This document shows, in pieces, positions 55,930-64,000 of a stretch of 64,000 nucleotides of DNA. The position numbers were made by a program, and so were the translations under genes. Under the pieces are notes generated by a model. It did not search any database. It was not told the origin of the DNA and worked only from the letters and a program-made list of their open reading frames with translations. The stretch is from Eledone cirrhosa (Eukaryota), in contig OZ024743.1 in NCBI GenBank assembly GCA_964016885.1, positions 338,210,001 through 338,274,000 of the forward strand. Direction: 5' to 3'. Each line of letters opens with the position of its first letter. Positions within the stretch are counted from its first letter, which is position 1.

Positions 55930-58205
55930 TGTACCACAGATGAGGACCAAAAAGTGAGGTGTTCAGGATTGCTAGGCAATGTTATCAAGGAAAACCATGA
56001 TATTGTCGGGGAGAAGTGTGTCCTTAATGATGATGGTGTACTTGCCATCACTGACGCTGATAAGAAGGTAGCTTGGAAGTGTCACTACGAAAAACTACTA
56101 AATGAGGAGAATAAATGGGAGAAAGACAGTCTCCCCCACATCGACCCAATAGAGGACCAGCAGTGTTAGTCGAAGGTAGTATAATAAGTAAGGCAATCAA
56201 AGATATGAAGACGGGTAAGGCGGCTGGGCTTTCGGAAATAGTTGCTGAAATGCTGAAAGCTTCTGGAACGGTGGGACACACTATGGTCACCTGGATAGTA
56301 AACCAAGTCATACAGAATGGTGTTGTTCCGAAGAACTGGCGTAGCAGCATCATCATTAACTGCTACAAGGGTAAAGGAGATGCCCTAGATAGGAGTAACT
56401 ATAGAGGCATTAAATTAATCGACCAGGTCATGAAGGTCACAGAAAAAGTAATAGCGCAACTAATCAGAGAACAAATTGATCTAGATGAAATGCAGTTCGG
56501 GTTTGTGTCAGGTAAAAGTACCACAGACGCTCTTTTCATTGTACGACAACTACAGGAGAAGTACCTAGCTAAAAGTAAACCCCTATACTTAGCTTTTGTC
56601 GACTTGAAGAAAGCCTTTGACAGAGTCCACCGTTCCATTATCTGGTGGGCTCTTAGAAAACTAGGTGTTGATGAATGGCTTGTGAGAGCTATACAAGCCA
56701 TGTATAAAGAAACAGTCAGCAAGGTTAGAATTAACAACGAATATAGTGAAGAATTTAGCGTAAAAGTTGGTGTTCATCAGGGCTCCGTTCTTAGCCCCCT
56801 ACTATTTATTATTGCCCTTCAGGCTATAACAGTGGAGTTCAAGACCGGCTGCCCATGGGAACTCCTATACGCAGATGATCTAATGCTCATAGCTGAATCA
56901 ATGGCCGAACTAGAGAAGAAATTCCAAACAGTGAAGCATGGCCTAGAATCAAAAGGCCTTAAAATTAACCTGTCTAAGACTAAAGTTCTAGTTTGTAGGA
57001 AGGAAAATAGGGCACTGGTCCCATCCGGGAAATGGCCATGCTCAGTGTGTAGGAAAGGAATAGGTAGAAACTCCATTTTATGTCCCAAATGCAAAGTATG
57101 GGTGCATAAAAGATGTAGTGGGATCATAGGGAAGCTAACTAAGAACATAGATTTTGTATGTGGCCGGTGCTCGGGTGCAATAAGTAGCAGCAAGTGACCA
57201 CAGAATACTAGCTCATTCCATTGCACAGATGGTTCTATAGAAATAGTGGACAGCTTCCGTTACCTGGATGACAAAATCAGCAGTGGGGGAGGGTGCTCTG
57301 AAAGTACAGTAGCTAGAGTCAGAACTGGATGGAAAAAGTTCAGAGAGCTTATACCACTATTAGCCGCTAAAGGGTTCTCCCTAAAAATGAAAGGCAGGCT
57401 GTATGATGCCTGCATATGAACAGCAATGTTACATGGCAGTGAGATCTGGGCATTGTGTGCAGAGGATATACGCAGACTGGAGAGGAACGAAGCTTGCATG
57501 CTCCGCTGGATGTGTAATAGTAATATACGTGAACGGCAAAGCATAAACAAACTAAGGGAAAAATTAGAAATAAGAGGGATCAGATGTTGTTTACTCGAGA
57601 GAAGACTATGTTGGTATGGTCACGTGATGCGCATGAAAGACGACAGCTGTATAAAAAAGTGCAGGGCTATAAAAATAGACGGTAGCCACGGAGTAGGCAG
57701 ACCCAGAAAAACCTGGGACGACTTGCTAAATTCCGACCTCACACACTTACACCTCTCCAAGACAATGTCACTGGATCGAGATCTTTGGCGCTACACAGTA
57801 ATAGAGAAGACCCGCTTTACCTAAGTACAAAGTGAAACCTACTACAGTCAGTAGGCACCTCTAACAATATACACCCCCGTCCCACTACTCCCACCCCATC
57901 CACACCACCCCTTTCAATGTAAAGTTATGTTGGTACCACAACATCCAGCCCGAAACAAATGAGGTGTAGATGTCACGACAAAAAAAAACACACAGTCCAC
58001 GCTATAATGTGGCCGTGTAGGTAACACGGTAAACACCTCCCAGTTCCACACTGTAAATGTGGTTGGTGTTAGGAAGGGCATCCAGCTGTAGAAAACCCGC
58101 CAGACAGTCCTATGCGAGCAAGACAACCACTCTTGCCTCAAATGGGAAAACTCCCGTCCAAACCCATGCAAGCGTGGAATATGGACGTTAAACGATGATG
58201 ATGAT
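55930..58205 (+). mobile_element. RTE-clade LINE copy, 5'-truncated, with stops and frameshifts
   Basis: ORFs 55912-56169, 56115-57197 and 57426-57824 are near-identical to the 31909 copy; (GAT)n tail. Confidence 0.92.
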
Positions 58206-59213
58206 ATATATCTAAAAGGCTTCCAACAAAGCTTATGTAAGAAACTTTCTTAATTCATGTTTTCAAACACCAGCTTGCTAATGAGAATGTTAGATATTTT
58301 ACTAAATCCGTCCAAATTTTTGATTATTTTCAAAATTATTTGAAAATTATAGGCAGTGTCTTTCATTAGAAATATGGTAACAAAAGTGTTATGTTCAAAA
58401 ATACTCTATAGGGCAGGTTATGCTGTTAAACCATACTGCAGATTAGATCTAGCTAATGTCCATTTTTCTAAACTGGTCTAAGGAAGATTTTTTTTAAAAT
58501 ACCATACATTTTATTTAATATATTATTCCCAGTTAAAATCTCCAGTTGATCCTTTTTGATACCAACCTAACCAAATCCAATTCTAGTTCTATGAAACAAA
58601 ACCACACATTTTAAAAGGTTCCTATTTAAATTTAAATCTTCCAACATAATTTTACATATGAACCATATATTAAGTAACTATCTTAGAAATGAAATAATTA
58701 ATAATTTTGATAAATTCTTCAAAATTCTTCATTAATTAATTGAAATAGAATCTTCCAATATAAGAACTATATGTTAATTTACTTTGTTCGCAATGAAATA
58801 ATTATTTTAGTAAATCCATCAAAATAGAAGGTATTTCATTAGAAATATGGTCAAAAAAGGGTTTTAATATTCCAGTACTTGATTGGTACTTTATTTGATT
58901 GATGCTGGAAGAATGGAAGGTAGACTAAACTCTTAACATCATATACCAAATGGAACGGCATTAATTAAACATTCTTGAAAGACATAAAACATCACTATAA
59001 CTACATCACAATAAAAAAATTAGATATTCACAATGATCTGCCCACTAATAAAAAAAACTATAAACATTTAGATTAACAAACTCGTTTTTAAAATATTTTC
59101 TGTTAAATCATTATACAATGTTATGGCTTAAATATCAAAAGTTATGATAATGAAAAAGATGATAGGGATGATGGTGATTTATATGAAGAAAATACAAAGT
59201 AGATATTGCTTAC

Positions 59214-59310
59214 TGGCATTCCATATGCTCTTAAGATATCCATTTTACACATGGGGCAACTCCTTTGTTCTAACAGCCAAGGATCCACACAGGATTTATG
59301 TAAGATATGT
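59214..59310 (-). CDS. gol: Internal exon of a Goliath/RNF130/RNF150-family RING-H2 E3 ubiquitin ligase (C-terminal half of the RING)
   Basis: Minus strand reads ttcctttcag|A CAT ATC TTA CAT AAA TCC TGT GTG GAT CCT TGG ... ATG CCA|gtaagc = HILHKSCVDPWLLEQRSCPMCKMDILRAYGMP. This matches the HxxHxxCVDPWL...CPMCK.DIL signature of the Goliath/GRAIL family. Canonical AG/GT; ends in phase 0. Confidence 0.9.
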
Positions 59311-59804
59311 CTGAAAGGAAGAACAGAAACAATAGTTTAAGACAGCAACACTAGAATATGTCTGGGCTCTTGTAATTCTTATTAAAATTATGAGTTTATC
59401 ATCTGGTATAGAACAGCGGTATGGTAAATAAATATATACACATATATCAGAACATAATAGAATAAAATTCTCATTGTCACTGCCTTCATCTCTCTCGCTC
59501 TCCCCAGCACTCACTATTATAAGCAAATGGGAACCCACGCGCTGGTAACCCTGCGGTGCCAGCGGACAGAATAGAGGTGTTTCCCAAGAGGATGGTGTTG
59601 GAAGGGACATCCCAGTTCGTGAGGCTCACACCAGTGGGTAGCAGACTCTGTGCCAATGGTGGTGAGTAGGGAGGTGATAGTCTACCAAGCAGGGAACTCA
59701 CCAACCTCACCATAATTTCAACAACCCTTACACACACTCCTCAGACTTGCCACTGCCTCAATAACACACCACTCCCACCTACCTCACCAGTCTCACCCAA
59801 CAAC

Positions 59805-62800
59805 ACCACAGTCCCACCAACCTCAGCAGGTATATAGCACCCCCACCACAGTCCCACCAACCTCAGCAGGTATACAGCACCACCACCACAGTCCCACCAA
59901 CCTCAGCAGGTATACAGCACCCCCACCACAGTCCCACCAACCACAGCAGGTATACAGCACCAGCACCACAATCCCACCAACCTCAGCGGGTATACAGCAC
60001 CCCCACAAGTCCACCAACCACAGCAGGTATACAGCACCTCCACTACAGTCCTACCAACCACAGCAGGTATACAGCACCCCCACCACAGTCCCACCAACCA
60101 CGGCAGGTATACAGCACCCCCACCACAGTCCCACCAACCACAGCAGGTATACAGCACCCACACCACTGTCCCACCAACCACGGCAGGTATACAGCACCCC
60201 CACCACAGTCCCACCAACCACAGCAGTTATACAGCACCCCCACCACAGTCCCACCAACCACGGCAGGTATACAGCACCCCCACCACAGTCCCACCAACCA
60301 CGGCAGGTATACAGCACCCCCACCACAGTCCCACCAACCAAAGCAGGTATACAGCACCCCCACCACAGTCCCACCAACCACAGCAGGTATACAGCACCCC
60401 CACCCCACCACAGTCCCACCAACCTCAGCAGGTATACAGCACCCCCACCACAGTCCCACCAACCACAGCAGGTATACAACACCCCCACCACAGTCACACC
60501 AACCACAGCATATATACAGCACCCCCACCACAGTCCCACCAACCACAGCAGGTATACAACACCCCCACCAGTCCCACCAACCACAGCATATATACAGCAC
60601 CCCCACCACAGTCCCACCAACCACATCAGGTATACAGCACCCCCACCACAGCAGGTATACAGCACCCCCACCACAGTCCCACCAACCTCAGCAGGTATAC
60701 AGCACCCCCACCACAGTCCCACCAACCACGGCAGGTGTACAACACCCCCACCACAGTCCCACCAACCACAGCATATATACAGCACCCCCACCACAGTCCC
60801 ACAACCACAGCAGGTATACAGCACCCCCACCACAGTCCCACCAACCACAGCAGGTATACAACACCCCCACCACAGTCCCACCAACCACGGCAGGTATACA
60901 GCACCCCCACCACAGTCCCACCAACCACAGCAGGTATACAACACCCCCACCACAGTCCCACCAACCTCAGCAGGTATACAACACCCCCACCACAGTCCCA
61001 CCAACCACAGCAGGTATACAGCACCCCCACCACAGTCCCACCAACCACAGCAGGTATACAGCACCCCCACCACAGTCCCACCAACCACAACAGGTATACA
61101 GCACCCCCACCACAGTCCCACCAACCACAACAGGTATACAGCACCCCCACCACAGTCCCACAATCCACAGCATGTATACAGCACCCCCACCACAGTCCCA
61201 CCAACCACAACAGGTATACAGCACCCCACCACAGTCCCACCAACCACAGCAGGTATACAGCACCCCCACCACAGTCCCACCAACCACAACAGGTATACAG
61301 CACCCCCACCACAGTCCCACCAACCACAACAGGTATACAACACCCCCATCACAGTCCCACCAACCACAGCAGGTATACAGCACCCCCACCACAGCAGGTA
61401 TACAGCACCCCCACCACAGCAGGTATACAGCACCCCCACCACAGCAGGTATACAGCACCCCCACCACAGTCCCACCAACCACAGCAGGTATACAGCACCC
61501 CCACCATAGCAGGTATACAGCATCCCCACCACAGTCCCCCCAACCACAGCAGGTATACAACACCCCCACCTCAATCCCACCAACCACAGCAGGTATATAG
61601 CACCCCCACCACAGTCCCACCAACCACAGCAGGTATACAACATCCCCACCACAGTCCCACCAACCACAGCAGGTATACAGCACCCCCACCACAGTCCCAC
61701 CAACCTCAGCAGGTATACAGCACCCCCACCACAGTCCCACCAACCACGGCAGGTGTACAACACCCCCACCACAGTCCCACCAACCACAGCATATATACAG
61801 CACCCCCACCACAGTCCCACAACCACAGCAGGTATACAGCACCCCCACCACAGTCCCACCAACCACAGCAGGTATACAACACCCCCACCACAGTCCCACC
61901 AACCACGGCAGGTATACAGCACCCCCACCACAGTCCCACCAACCACAGCAGGTATACAACACCCCCACCACAGTCCCACCAACCTCAGCAGGTATACAAC
62001 ACCCCCACCACAGTCCCACCAACCACAGCAGGTATACAGCACCCCCACCACAGTCCCACCAACCACAGCAGGTATACAGCACCCCCACCACAGTCCCACC
62101 AACCACAACAGGTATACAGCACCCCCACCACAGTCCCACCAACCACAACAGGTATACAGCACCCCCACCACAGTCCCACAATCCACAGCATGTATACAGC
62201 ACCCCCACCACAGTCCCACCAACCACAACAGGTATACAGCACCCCACCACAGTCCCACCAACCACAGCAGGTATACAGCACCCCCACCACAGTCCCACCA
62301 ACCACAACAGGTATACAGCACCCCCACCACAGTCCCACCAACCACAACAGGTACACAACACCCCCATCACAGTCCCACCAACCACAGCAGGTATACAGCA
62401 CCCCCACCACAGCAGGTATACAGCACCCCCACCACAGCAGGTATACAGCACCCCCACCACAGCAGGTATACAGCACCCCCACCACAGTCCCACCAACCAC
62501 AGCAGGTATACAGCACCCCCACCATAGCAGGTATACAGCATCCCCACCACAGTCCCCCCAACCACAGCAGGTATACAACACCCCCACCTCAATCCCACCA
62601 ACCACAGCAGGTATATAGCACCCCCACCACAGTCCCACCAACCACAGCAGGTATACAACACCCCCACCACAGTCCCACCAACCACAGCAGGTATACAGCA
62701 CCCCCACCACAGTCCCACCAACCACAGCAGGTATACAGCACCCCCACCACAGTCCCACCAACCACAGCAGGTATACAACAACCCCACCACAGTCCCACCA

Positions 62801-64000
62801 ACCACAGCATATATACAGCACCCCCACCACAGTCCCACCAACCACAGCAGGTATACAACACCCCCACCACAGCAGGTATACAGCACCCCTACCACAGTCC
62901 CACCAACCACAGCAGGTATACAGCACCCCCACCACAGCAGGTATACAGCACCCCCACCACAGTCCCACCAACCACAGCAGGTATACAGCACCCCCACCAC
63001 AGTCCCACCAACCACAGCAGGTATACAACAACCCCACCACAGTCCCACCAACCACAGCATATATACAGCACCCCCACCACAGTCCCACCAACCACAGCAG
63101 GTATACAACACCCCCACCACAGTCCCACCAACCACGGCAGGTATACAGCACCCCCACCACAGTCCCACCAACCACAGCAGGTATACAATACCCCCACCAC
63201 AGCAGGTATACAGCACCCCCACCACAGTCCCACCAACCACAGCAGGTATACAACACCCCCACCACAGTCCCACCAACCACGGCAGGTATACAGCACCCCC
63301 ACCACAGTCCCACCAACCACAGCAGGTATACAACACCCCCACCACAGCAGGTATACAGCACCCCCACCACAGTCCCACCAACCACAGCAGGTATACAACA
63401 CCCCCACCACAGTCCAACCAACCACAGCATATATACAGCACCCCCACCACAGTCCCACCAACCACATCAGGTATACAGCACCCCCACCACAGCAGGTATA
63501 CAGCACCCCCACCACAGTCCCACCAACCACAGCAGGTATACAGCACCCCCACCACAGTCCCACCAACCACAGCAGGTATACAACACCCCCACCACAGTCC
63601 CACCAACCACAGCAGGTATACAGCACCCCCACCACAGTCCCACCAACCACAGCAGGTATACAACACCCCCACCACAGTCCCACCAACCACAGCAGGTATA
63701 CAGCACCCCCACCACAGTCCCACCAACCACGGCAGGTATACAACACCCCCACCACAGTCCCACCAACCACAGCATATATACAGCACCCCCACCACAGTCC
63801 CACAACCACAGCAGGTATACAGCACCCCCACCACAGTCCCACCAACCACAGCAGGTATACAGCACCCCCACCACAGTCCCACCAACCACAGCAGGTATAC
63901 AACACCCCCACCACAGTCCCACCAACCACGGCAGGTATACAGCACCCCCACCACAGTCCCACCAACCACAGCAGGTATACAACACCCCCACCACAGTCCC
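59805..64000. repeat. 40-bp minisatellite (>4 kb, runs off the window) with 25-bp variants and a 1018-bp higher-order duplication
   Basis: Unit cacccccaccacagtcccaccaaccacagcaggtatacag. Identical ORFs are offset by 1018 nt (60688/61706; 61349/62367). Confidence 0.95.

Noticed and set aside
60043-63994. Long W/C/G/V-rich and P/T/H-rich ORFs
   Set aside because: Stop-free 40-bp minisatellite, open in multiple frames on both strands; the period is not a multiple of 3.

Overview
AT-rich, microsatellite- and transposon-dense metazoan DNA. The SINE families and repeat style suggest a coleoid cephalopod, probably Octopus (inference). The only host gene I can support is on the minus strand: a Goliath/RNF130/RNF150-type RING-H2 E3 ligase. 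Its second RING-half exon (59214-59310) splices in frame across an apparent ~47 kb intron to a terminal exon (11728-12084). The intron and flanks hold many elements: a near-intact Tx1/L1-clade LINE with a 17-bp TSD, about eight RTE-clade LINE copies, two Penelope-like fragments, R4/Dong and CRE remnants, a Buster/SPIN-type hAT with an 8-bp TSD, several MITEs, more than 25 strand-biased tRNA-derived SINEs and several minisatellites. The most notable observations are four. (1) A fold-back element (16444-22848) has ~460-bp inverted arms partly built from Tx1 3' ends, encloses a genomic fragment of RMND5 exon 1, and was itself hit by a young Tx1 LINE. (2) There are three type I hammerhead ribozyme motifs, two at Penelope 3' ends and one solo. 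(3) Long inverted repeats and hairpins in the pre-mRNA are potential dsRNA/ADAR substrates. (4) TE fragments repeatedly end at (TA)n tracts. Most long ORFs in the track are simple-repeat artefacts.
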